This document shows, one piece after another, positions 49,801-61,219 of a DNA stretch of 64,000 nucleotides; position 1 is the stretch's first letter, and the number at the start of each line of letters is the position of its first letter. Source of the DNA: Perna viridis (Eukaryota); NCBI GenBank assembly GCA_037379345.1, contig CM074514.1, forward strand, positions 12,400,001 to 12,464,000, written 5' to 3'. A program made the position numbers and the translations under genes. The notes under the pieces were generated by a model. That model worked only from the letters and a program-made list of their open reading frames with translations. It was not told the DNA's origin and did not search any database.

Positions 49801-52800
49801 AATAATAAGTTATTGTTTTCTTCTTCATATATGTTTAGCATATAATCATAAAAGAATTGGAACCAGCCAAAGAACATATTTTTTTTATGATGGCAACTTT
49901 AAAAGAATACATTTATATCTGAGGTCATTTAACATTTGAATTGTGAGCTATTTTTGAATATACTATAAACTTCTAATGTAAAATCTTATGTTTTTATAGA
50001 TTATTATTGAAACTGTTTTCAGACCTGCTTATGGTGGTAAAACTTGTGTTGGAGAAGACAGTGATATTTATACATGTACGACTGGGGTACGTTTGTTTAT
50101 AATTACTATTAAAACAGTAACTGTTATTTTTTTTGGTCATATTCAAGCAGCATTGTATAACCATGAATGAATCAGAAAAATCATACACTAGTGCTAATAA
50201 TATACCATTATCATCTACACAAAAGACTACGAAGTGTCAGAATCATCGTACACTAGTGATAGTGACGTACCCGAATCCTCTGCACTAATGACAACAATGT
50301 ACCATAATTCTCTGCACTAGTGATAACAATGTACCATAATCCTCTGCACTAGTGATAACAATGTATCATAATCCTCTACACTAGTGATAATGATGTGTCT
50401 GAATACTCTTACACTAGTGATAACGACGTACCCGAATCCTCTCACACTAATGATAGCGATGAACTATCAGAATTGTATATTATCAATAACAATGTATCCG
50501 AATTTACTAACAGTCTTACCATAACACTTGTTACACCCGTAGTGGTATTAATTTAAATTGGATCCTGAAAAATTCGAAAGATCTTTTGAAGACCCTCAAT
50601 TCATGATTATTATCAGTATATAATAGCATTAAAACCTATGATTTGTCAACACTGTATACTTCTATTCCCCATACCCAGTTACAATCCCGATTCAAAAGCA
50701 TTATGCATCGTTGTTTCTCCAAAAAGATGGTACACCTAGATACAAATATATAGTTCTTAGTGGAGATTCCTCATACTTTGTAAAAAATAATTCCAAATCA
50801 TCTTCCAAATATACAGAAGATATTCTCAAAATGCTGGAAATTTTAATCGACAACATATTTGTCCAGTGTGGTGAACGCGATTTTCAACAAACGGTCGGCA
50901 TTCCAATGGGAACAAATTTTGCTCCTCTACTTGCTGACCTATTCCTTCGGTCTTATGAGGCTGACTTTATCGCTGATCTGATCCGAAAGAAGGAACATCA
51001 TTTAGCTAAATATTTTAATCTCAGTTTCCGCTATATAGATGACGTACTATCATTAAGCAATCCTAGTTCCAGGGATTTGAAATGTCGCATCTACCCCCAA
51101 AGAAGTTGAGATAAAGGATGCTCCAGACAGTACGAAGTCAGCTTCATATCTTGATCTACACTTCGAGATCGATGAAAGGAAAACTACTGACCAAACTTTA
51201 CGACAAACATGATGAATTTTCATTGTGAATTGTCAACTTTCCTTTCATCTGTGGCAACATCCCTTCAGCACCTGCGTATAGCGTTTTCATATCACAACTC
51301 ATACGTTATGCCAGAGCCTGCCGAACTACGCAGACTTTTTGTATCGCGCTAGACTTCTTACAATTGGGCTTCTGGAACAGGGTTAGGTTGCTACAAGATT
51401 GAAGTCATCACTACAGAAGTTTTATGGTCGTCACTATGAACTCGTGGATCGTCATGGTGTATCCATCTGCACCATGAAAACTGATTTGTTCAACGCGTCA
51501 TGGTTTTCCTTTCCTCTTTCGTCTACCCCGGACTTGACTTTTTGTGAGCAACACGGCGGGTGTTTCTAGAAAAAACAGAAGACGCTTACCATCCGGTGCA
51601 CCGAGTCCATGCTCCTAGTTATAAGTGGAGCCCGAGTTGCTCTTTTACTTTGTTACTGTTCCCTAGAAATACTCTTTATGTATTTTGTCGTGTTTGTTTT
51701 CGATGTCTGGTCTCTGTCCCTGGATTACATTTTTTTTTATTTCCGCTGGAATCTTGGTTCCCTTTATTATGCTTGATAGCGATGTATCAAAATCACCTTA
51801 AATAAGTGATAAAGATGGCCTAGAATTCTCTAACAAGAGTGATACCGACGTATGAAAATCCTCTTATATTAGTGATGATATTGTACCGGTATAATCTTAC
51901 ACTGTTGATGTCGACGAATTATAATAATATATCGCCAGTGATGTTAAAGTATGTATGAGAATCATCTTACACTGATAATAACCACGTGCCAGAATCATCT
52001 TTCACTAGGAATGACATAGAATGTATAAGAATCATCTTACACTGGTGATAACGATGCGTCGGTATTATCTAACACTAGCTATAACGATGAATCAGAAGCA
52101 TCTTACACTAGTGTCATGCAGAAGCAGGCGTGCCTTAGGTTAAGGACTGAAAGCAGTAAAAGGAAGAGTAAAAGCAACCATGTAAAGCATTGGCATTTAA
52201 AATGTATAGTGTAGGACATGGGAAATTGTTACTGAGAAAGTACTTTAATTTGTAGATACCAATATTCATGGATTAGGGTAGAAATGGAAGTTTGTGGATT
52301 CTTGAATTTTTTAGGTTTTCAGAATACACATCAATAAGATTCTCCTTTTCGTTGAGAACCAAATTTCGTTTGGCCTACCAACGAAAACAATGAAAATTGG
52401 TACAACATGAACAATAGTACTTTCACAGCAGTTAATTTTGGTCTAAAGGTATGCTCGTTTCGCTAGGCTTTGTATGGTTACTTTGTTCTTTTTTCCCCTA
52501 AAACCAGTGTTTGTTTTTTTTCCTTACAGAAGAATTGCACAGAATATACTGATTTACGATTTCTTCAATGTGCTGTCTTAAATGGTATTCCTATCAGAGG
52601 AAGATCTCACACATGGCTTCCATATCAGAAAGAAGAGGGTAGACCAAAATTAAAAATTATTTTTTACACAAAAAAATATATGTATTAGAAACACACTGAC
52701 AAACAATTGAATTTACTGATGAGCTTGTAACTGATTAAAAAAAACATAGGATTTCTAAATTTACTATATATTTTATAAGATTTACGACAAAGTAAAATAC

Positions 52801-55800
52801 TTCATTTTAAACAAAATTGGTACAGTAATAAATGAAGATGGGTACTTTGATTGTAATACGACAGCAAACATTTGATTTTAACTTAAATTTTCAAATATAT
52901 GTTAAACGATTATATTTTAAACAACAATTAAATGCTCATGCAATTTTATTTATAAAATGTATTAACATGTTGCATGTAAATCTTTTTTCTACAAGAATCA
53001 GACCAATGCAAACTGAATTGCGTGTCAAATGACACAGGTAAAGTTATGACATTTGATGACATGCCACTTGAAGATGGAACTTCATGTACCTATGATGAAC
53101 CAAACAATATATGTGTTAAAGGCCAATGTTGGGTGAGGGTTTAAAACTGAAATTTAGAGCTTGCAGTTTGAAAACTTCTGCCTTTAACCAAACATTCTTA
53201 TCACCAAACTTATTATTTTTCTTTTACTAAACGACAAAGGTATAGGGTTATACAAAGGTATACACTCACCAACAAAAGTTATTTTAATTGATAAAAGATA
53301 AGTTCATACTGTTATTTTGCATAAAAATATTTGTCGCAAATTTTCAGACGAGGAAAGCTGAAATATGTTGCTTTTGTTTCAGAAAGTAGGATGTGACGGC
53401 ATTAGAGACTCATCAATTGAGCTTGATAAATGTGGTGTTTGTGGTGGTAATGGATCGGATTGTAAACTTGTGAACGGAAACTACAAGCGTAAATTCAATT
53501 ACAAAAAGTGTACGTGATAAATACTTTGTCCTTTGTCTTTAAATTTATTATTTCGCACAACTTTACTGGTAAAATACATCTGTACATCATATATTGACAT
53601 TCCTTTCCTACTCACACAAAATAGATAGTTTTTAAGAGTATAACTTGTATTTATTTTATACTATCATTAGGACCGTAGATCATTTTACCATAGGTAGTTA
53701 CACTTAAAGCACCAATGAATTAATTCATTTTTAAGATGCCAATGCGAGGCACGGGTAACAATAGTTGAAAATTAAAACGGACATTTGTACAATTTTAGGG
53801 CCACCGCCATATGAACGAATTTTAGTCCTTCCTGCTGAATCCAGAGGAATTGAAATTATTGAGAGTCAGTCGACAACACATTACCTAGGTAAGTATGTGC
53901 TACTATTTCAAACGAAAGTTTAGAAAATATTTAAAGCAATGTTTGGTTTAAGGTTCATCATTACCTTTCCACAAATATGGCGTCAATTTAACAACTAATT
54001 TTTCTCTGACTACAGACAAACCTGTATATCTGGAGGCATAGCATCCTCTAGATATGCATAACTGTAAAATTATATAAAAAAACTGGCCTGGCAATTGTTT
54101 TAATTATATTGATTTTGCAAGGAGGGCGGAAATGAACTAAGTTTGGATAATGTTTCGAGATGTTCCCTTTTTATTAAAGGCACACTCTATTCACATTAAC
54201 ATGCTGATCAATAGGTGATTTAAACTGGGTAAATGAGTGTACCATATCAAGTGAATCTCAGATGTTTTTTTTTTATTTTTACACTCTACAGAATTGAAAA
54301 AAAATAAACCTGCAAAAGTCAGGTCAGTTTTTGATATAATTTTACATAAACTTGATGTAACTTTTTCATATAAAGACTATATATATATGTCTTGAAATTT
54401 TTCTAGATACACAGGTTTGTATGTAGTCAGAAGGAAATTGATTTGAAGTTGAGGCCATATTTATCGAAAGGTAATGACGTACATAACAATTTATTTACGA
54501 AAGAGTATTGCTTACTTTATGAGTAGTATTTAGAAATAAACGATAAAGATAGAATATTTATTCAAAACGTTAATCTTATTAAAGTCTCAATGCGGAGAAA
54601 GAGAGATGGGAATATAATGGTATCAAACAAGTGTAATAATTTAGAATGCCTTAATATGTATCGCAACATTAGTGTTACAAAAGTATTTGTCGATAAACTA
54701 GAGTTGAATTTGTGATGCCTCTCCAGTTCTAAAAAAATTATACCAAATAAACAGAAAAAGTGAAATATTTTGTATTACAGCAATAAGAGATCCATCCTAT
54801 GGAACATATTATTTAAATGGAGGCAGACGTAAAGGTCGTTCTAAGAAAATGGTTATCAATGGTGCATGGTTTGAATACGATGGCAACTGGAATCGTGAAA
54901 CACTCAAGTCAAAAGGTCCGTTAAGGAGACCAATTGAAATCATGGTAACTGTTACATATGTTGAATTTACAAGTTATAACATCGTCAGTTTAGTGTTATA
55001 AAAGAGTCAACTAAATTAAGTCGTTAACACCAAAGTTGTTTTCTTGAATTAAGAAATAAATTACAGAAGCTTCATTTTATCATTGTTTTACCATGGGCTG
55101 GCCATTTATGTTACATTATTTCACTCGAGCGATAGCGATGGAAAAACAACGATAAAATGGGGTTTCCATGATTTATTTCGATTCTAGCCGGATTATTATC
55201 CACATATTTGAATAAATGCAGCCTATATGTTCCACGAAATGTTGGTCGTGTGTCTAAAGAGCTTTGAGCACAACATATCAGAACTAAAATTAATACATCA
55301 GTTATTATTAGCAATTACGAGGATGTATAATACATGCGTTTGTATTTCGTCCAAAAAAAAAAAAGAATTGTTTCTTTCATTTTCAGATAATGCCCCAGAA
55401 TAAATACCAAGAACTCATAATTAACTATGAGTATAACGTGAAGAATGACGACTTTACTTTTGAGAAGAACAAATATGAATGGGTCTTCGATCACTGGACA
55501 GACTGTTCAGTTACCTGTGGGAAAGGTAACTACAAAGGTTTTTCACTGTTTGGTTGGGTGTTTTTCCTGATGGGTTTATTCCTATTCTGATAAAGACTTT
55601 TACTATTCCTAATAAATCTGACAATGATGTAACAATATGTGTCAGAAATCTAAATGAAAAATGAACATGATTTTTCCAGACGGATTTTTTTAAAATCAGT
55701 TTATCGCAGCTACATCTTTTGTAGTGAAAAAAAAATCACACAAGCGTTTCAATGGTTTGGTCTTTAAAAATAATGAAACCTTCTTTAGCTAGTGCCAAAT

Positions 55801-58420
55801 CGATTTCTCAGTTCATAGAACCATCGTTAGTTTTTATCAAATTCTTATGCAATCCTCCTAATTACCATATGCCTAATTCGTTTTCTTGAATGGTTTCTAT
55901 CATTTAAAGACTTATTCAACGATATTTAAGACAATTGTAATTGTTCCTTCATACAGTGTCTTCGAATTTTCAACCGTGTTGGTGATTTTACTACTAAACA
56001 TATGAAGCGTTTAATGTGAGGTCTTGATTTCAGATCGTGCATTTTTCATAATTAAGACTTATCACGATACTTTACCGACACTGTTTTCTATTATTGAGTA
56101 GGAACACAACACATCGTTAACAAATGTAAAGATAAAGATCTAGACGAAGTCGTCGAAGATAGAAATTGTCGCTTTGTCGGTAATGGAACTGGTAACCCAG
56201 TTGAATGTAAGAGGAAGCCTTGTGCTACAGAAGGGTGAGGAAATAGCTAATTCGAAGTTGAAATAACTTCACATGACCCCCAAAATGGAGTTTCCATAAA
56301 AAAAAATGATATCATGCTTCTTTGAATGTAACTATACAATAGGTGGTCAAAATCAGCACCATACACTTATACCGAGGCGATGTTGGGAAGTAAAAGAGCT
56401 TGCCATTGAATCAATATCACAAATAATATGATAGCATGTTCAGAAAACTCCATTTTACGATGACGATTTACATGTTTCAAAACAAAAAAAAAAGAAAAGC
56501 GAAAATACTGTAATGCCAAAACAAAAGATGGTGATATAAGGGAAAAGAAATCAATGGGCAAAAAAAAGGGTTTGGATAAATGAATCAACATTCATTTGAA
56601 TTTAGATATGCATCATTCAGTGTTCAAACCGAGAAGAAAAAGATGGTTTATATTTCTTTTTGTTAATAGGTACTCTCTTCAACAATTTTTTTTTTTTTTA
56701 TTTTCAGATTCGTATGGGCTATGGAATTAACCTGGACGGAATGTTCAGTTACATGTGGACAAGGAATACAAAAACAGGAGTATACATGTCAAAAAGAAAT
56801 ATCGGAGACCGAATATGAAGTTGTTGAGTCTTTATTATGTGATAAAACTGCAGAACCAAACTATACAAGGCCCTGTAATGAACGTAAATGCGGGATTTAC
56901 AAATGGGAATCTACAGATGAATGGACGGAATGTCCCATTACCTGTGGTATTGAAGGTTATCAGTTTGAACTTTTTAACTGTACCTACATAACGGATGGAG
57001 AGCACGGTGAGTCTGCTGCTGAGTCGTTCTGTGATAGAAACAAGAAACCTAATATCACAAGACCATGTCGACTTGAACCCTGTTACCAAAAGTGGTATCA
57101 ATGGGCATTTAATAACGAATGGACGCCTTGCACAAAAACATGCGGAAACGATGGTGTGCAGTTTCCTGCATTTTTCTGCGAACAAAAAGATTCCCATGGG
57201 TTTTCGGATATAGTTGACGTAAGTAAATGTGATATGGAGCTGCGTCCAGAAAATATACCGAAACCGTGTAATCAGGAAAGCTGTGTTACTGAATCGTTCG
57301 AATGGATGTATAAAGACTGGGGGGACTGTAGCGTTATTTGTGGGGATTTTGGTTTCCAGACTAGAGAGCATTATTGTGCTAGGATATACTCAAATGGAAC
57401 TGTACGAGAAGATAAATTATTGATGTGTGATGACTTGCAACCGCCTGTTAGTAGAAGAGATTGTAGTGGACCTCCCTGTGAATATAGCATATTTCGTCTA
57501 AGCTATACCACTGAATGGGAAGAGTGCACTGCGACATGTGGAAAAATAGGTATACAGGCACAAAAGTCAATTTGTCAAGAGGTAATGCCAAATGGAACAA
57601 TAGAAGACGTTAATATTCATATGTGTGACGATCTTGTCGCAGTTGGTGAGACACGACCATGTAATAGAGTGCCATGCGTGTCGTATAAATGGACGGCGGC
57701 GCCATTTTGGACTAACTGCACTGCAAAGTGCGGAGATAGTGGAATTATGTATCAGATGCATTATTGCGATAAAGTTTCAGGAGATGGGTCAACTGAGTTT
57801 GTTAGATATGAATTTTGTTCAGAAATACCAATGCCGTTTGTCATCAAAGAGTGCAACAGACAACCATGCATACAGGAATGGATAGCTGGTGGATGGTCAG
57901 AGGTATTTTTTGTTAAAATACAGAATACCAAGTGTCTTATATTAATATGTATTTGTAAATTAACACATCATGGTGTGTTTAAAAAAAAACTATATTAAAA
58001 AGCAAGTTGAAACTTAAACAATCAAACATATATTTCTAAAACTAAATCTCGGTTTTTCTCAATTTAAGATATACAATTGATGTTTTAAGACCAGACAACC
58101 TAATGACAGTTCAGAACGATTTTGATAGAAAAATACATACATACATACATACATATACATACATATATATATATTTAGGTTATATACAAATATAGCTTTC
58201 GCCGGTCGGTTCATTCCTCCTCGTATTGGCCGAGCGGTCTAGAAGGCTGGACTTTGTGCAGGCGATGTTGCCATAGATGTCACAGCGGTACGGCATAGCA
58301 AATTTGACAGTTTTTACAGAATTTTTAGACCCTTCTATAAGTTTACATAATCTTCCCTGAATCAATTTGATCCGATGGAGCAGTGTAGCGAAGAATAGAG
58401 TCGTCACATTCTGAGACGTT

Positions 58421-58470
<50 letters not shown>

Positions 58471-59070
58471 GCAAAAAGGAAATATTTTGTCTTCGTTTTG
58501 CAGTGTTCTGTCACGTGTGGGACTGGTAAACAGAAACGTGATGTTACATGTGCTGACCCTACTACCATTGGTGATGATTATTTATGTTTTGGCTATAAAC
58601 CGAAAAATGTACAACCATGTAAACTAGAGGACTGTCTAGTAGGTAAGTCATTTTTACGGTTTGTTTTCCCTTGTAAAATATTACACTGGCTAATAGACAA
58701 ATCAGTATCACGTAATATCAACTATTTAAACAAGTAGACAGAATGTAGGTAAATCGGTATCACCTAATATAAAAATATTCAAATTAGAAGATGGTAAATA
58801 GGTATGTCTGTATACGTAACGTCAAGCCATTATTCTGCAGCCAGTCAGCGTAACACTTGACGTAACCTGAACAGTTTGATAGTTATCCACTAATTCCCAA
58901 TTTCTCGTATGCAGTAGGGTTCATTCTAAGCTTTCAGTGTTTGTATTTTCTCGCTGTTCCTTTTTATCTTATTCATTTGTCCTGGTTTACTTTGCACAAA
59001 ACATCATTCTAACATTCAAACTTTAAATATTTTCTTTATGTTACCCCTTTGAAATATCGTCATATAAATT

Positions 59071-59126
<56 letters not shown>

Positions 59127-59776
59127 AAACCATTAAAAATATTCAATTATAAAACCATTATTATTAAGAATTGCATTAAATCACATAACTTTGACAGAGA
59201 AAAGATATTACTACAAGACTATTATAATAAAGGTTGAGCTATCAAGTATCTTGGAGAAACTTGCAATTTCTATTTAAATATTTGACATATAGTTTATGTT
59301 GGCATCCTATCTTTTCGGATGTTTATAATTTCTTTGCCTTTTTCTTGACTTTTCCTATCGATATTTAAAATGTTTTTTCGACACAGTCGGTAAAATTTCG
59401 CTTTCCACCATTTGACCTTAAGGACGCACTTCTACGGAAACGCAAGTCACCTGATCGCAATTCTGTTTCCCGATTGGCCAATACTGATAACGTATTGGCG
59501 TTCGAAAATAAATGTGTCGCAAATTTGTAATTGCGTGCCATGAATTATTTTCTTAAAAGAAATGTAGAAACTTAGAACTAAGAAGAAGAATAATTTACTG
59601 CGTCGGCTAGCTTTTTTAAATATAGCACTTTTTTTGTATTTTTCCTTCTCGTTGTTCTTTCAGAGGATGCTGCCTGTATTGACAAACGTACCTATTGTAG
59701 AAGGTTGGCATCTAAAAGGAGATGTAGATACCGCAGTTTCAGGAACAGATGCTGCAATTCCTGCTCTAAATACTGA
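37815..59776 (+). CDS. ADAMTS metalloprotease, ADAMTS2/3/14 (procollagen N-proteinase)-like, ~1300 aa, 23 coding exons: 37815-37832, 38362-38389, 39736-40055, 42048-42150, 43494-43651, 43878-43961, 45056-45197, 46331-46436, 46821-46964, 47649-47781, 49096-49206, 49511-49656, 50023-50086, 52530-52638, 52996-53132, 53383-53509, 53799-53888, 54781-54944, 55387-55525, 56102-56234, 56708-57902, 58504-58642, 59664-59776 (TGA)
   Basis: Exons splice in frame (3903 nt). Domains in order: signal peptide [16 protein letters not shown]; prodomain ([21 protein letters not shown]); furin site RTRRKR; reprolysin domain with [24 protein letters not shown]...[26 protein letters not shown] and Met-turn SMMA; disintegrin-like ([12 protein letters not shown]...[14 protein letters not shown]); TSR1 ([14 protein letters not shown]); Cys-rich (VGCDG...DKCGVCGG); spacer; 8 further TSRs; PLAC (CIDKRTYC...RCCNSC). 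The first two micro-exons are the least certain. Confidence 0.93.
41407..41806 (-). mobile_element. Penelope-like (Naiad-type) 3' fragment in an ADAMTS intron; a second tiny tip lies at ~41085-41123
   Basis: Reverse complement of [10 protein letters not shown]... through the 3' tip ...GGTTCCCCTTATTACTCTTT. Confidence 0.9.
47290..47441. other. Assembly gap (152 N)
   Basis: Run of N inside the ADAMTS intron 46965-47648; the flanking exons join in frame (CC|G), so no exon needs to be missing. Confidence 0.99.
48052..48983 (+). mobile_element. Penelope-like (Naiad-type) RT fragment in an ADAMTS intron
   Basis: ORF 48205 [14 protein letters not shown]...[12 protein letters not shown]...SASYLDL, then [10 protein letters not shown]...QLIRYARAC and a partial 3' UTR. 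Confidence 0.93.
50170..52115. repeat. Old degenerate 32-bp minisatellite (CACTAGTGATAACAATGTACCATAATCCTCTG-like) on both sides of the retroelement at 50511-51770
   Basis: CACTAGTGATAA-type units at 50186-50500 and again at 51800-52112. Confidence 0.8.
50511..51770 (+). mobile_element. Penelope-like (Naiad-type) RT fragment (~1.26 kb, 5' truncated) in an ADAMTS intron
   Basis: [50 protein letters not shown] and the 3' tip CTTGGTTCCC; frameshifted. Confidence 0.93.
52230..52430. mobile_element. MITE (Tc1/mariner-like) with ~40-bp imperfect TIRs
   Basis: TACTGAGAAAGTACT...TACCAATATTCATGG versus CAATGAAAATTGGTAC...AGTACTTTCACAGCA. Confidence 0.7.
56708..57902 (+). CDS. ADAMTS large exon (1195 bp) encoding six complete TSP type-1 repeats and the start of a seventh
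   Basis: Corresponds to ORF 56721-57998. Repeated W-x(n)-W-x-x-C-[ST/P]-x-x-CG...PC-x-x-x-x-C units; flanked by ttttcag| and |gtattt. Confidence 0.95.
58421..58466. repeat. Compound microsatellite (TG)n(TA)n
   Basis: Direct reading; it lies ~40 nt upstream of the ADAMTS exon at 58504. Confidence 0.95.
59074..59124. repeat. Compound microsatellite (AC)n(AT)n
   Basis: Direct reading. Confidence 0.95.
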
Positions 59777-60008
59777 ATTACTCGTTTAAACTTCTATACA
59801 TACTATTGTACTAATTAGATTGAAAATCATTATTATTTATTGTACGATGTTTCAGATATATTTTTATAATTAAAATCATTTTGTACGAATTTATTCAGTC
59901 ATTTTTAGCAACACAGTTTTGAATTATTTATGGCTTTTTTAATGAGTTTTGTCAGTAACTTTCTCTGTATTGTGTAGATATTAGTTTTTTCACTCATACA
60001 ACCAGTAA

Positions 60009-60014
60009 AATAAA
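60009..60014 (+). promoter_or_regulatory. Candidate polyadenylation signal of the ADAMTS gene
   Basis: AATAAA ~230 nt after TGA; an ATTAAA at 59869-59874 is an alternative. Confidence 0.45.
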
Positions 60015-60771
60015 GTCTCTTTTTGATATTTTTCGAGAAGAGATGTTTTTGCAGGTCTCTTAAGATGATTTTTCTCAACACAATTAGGATGTATTTAACT
60101 AAAACAATGGTCTACATAGACAATGTTGAGTTATATGTATTGATTTTGCCTTTCCGTCTCGCTTTTTTTCATTGTAGATTATTCCAAATAATCTATTTTC
60201 AATGACTTATCGAACATAACTATATGTTTGGTTTTAACAGATTGAATTAACACTGGAAATCGGGGGAAGCAATGTTTCTGGATATATTTAAGGACACTTT
60301 ATCCATCAAGCGACAAGAACGACAGTCATAACAATAACGTAGTTCCCACCATGCTTTAACACATTTCATTTTGTTTTTAATACAAAGAAAAACAACAAAA
60401 AATTATGAAGAAATAAAGTGGTAGTTAATGCTGTCTAAAATCGTATAAAGCAATTGTCATATTAGTTTACCTTGTATTTGCCTCCAATAGGTATTCTTTT
60501 TTCCATATATAAGCAATGCTTTTATAACATTACGGTTGCTTCATTGCAAAATGGACATTTTAACAAGTCTTATTTGAAGTGGACAAAATTGCATAGTATC
60601 TTCCTTTATGCTGCGCATTGTCTTTTTTTTTTTTAAATTAGAAGTCATTTACAGCTTTTTAATGGAAAAAAAACTTCTTATTCACATCATATACCATTCC
60701 CATTCTCATTTCTATATTTCCCCGGTTAAATTCCCCATAGAAAATTCCCTATTCTCCTTAGAAATCAATTG

Positions 60772-61219
60772 AAAGAGTAATCAAGGGAATCAAGGTTCTA
60801 TCGGAAATCAAAAGAAAGTAAATCAGGGACAAAGACCAAACATGGAAAACAGACATACACAACAAAGACCATTAAGTAACTAAAATAATACATGCAATGT
60901 GACAAAAGCAAGTAAGCAACTCGAACTCCACTAAAAACTGGGAGCATTCACCAGGTGCACCGGTAGGGTAAGCGTCCTCTGCTTTTCTAGAAACACCCGC
61001 CGACTTGCTCATAGAAAGTCAAATCCGGGGTAGAAGAAAGAGGAATGGAAAACTATGACACGATGAACAAATCAGTTTTCATGGTGCAGATGGATACACC
61101 ACAACGATCCTAGAGTTCATGAGGGCGATCATAAAACTTCTGATGACTTCAATGTTGTAGCAGCGTAACCCTGTTCCAGAAGCCTAACTGTAATAGTCCT
61201 AGCACGATACGAAAAGTCT
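60772..61219 (-). mobile_element. Penelope-like (Naiad-type) 3' fragment
   Basis: Reverse complement of the RT C-terminus and full 3' UTR (AAAGAGTAATCAAGGG...CCAGGTGCACCGGTAGGGTAAGCGTCCTCTGC). Confidence 0.9.

Noticed and set aside
34718-51770. Selenocysteine-encoding Naiad (reported for some clam elements)
   Set aside because: Cys positions use TGT/TGC in the copies read. The TGA at ~51226 replaces a non-Cys codon (AGA or ATA in other copies) and is not shared.
56835-57371. 178-aa antisense ORF and alternative-frame ORFs over the large ADAMTS exon
   Set aside because: Shadow ORFs of the real coding exon with no recognisable motifs.
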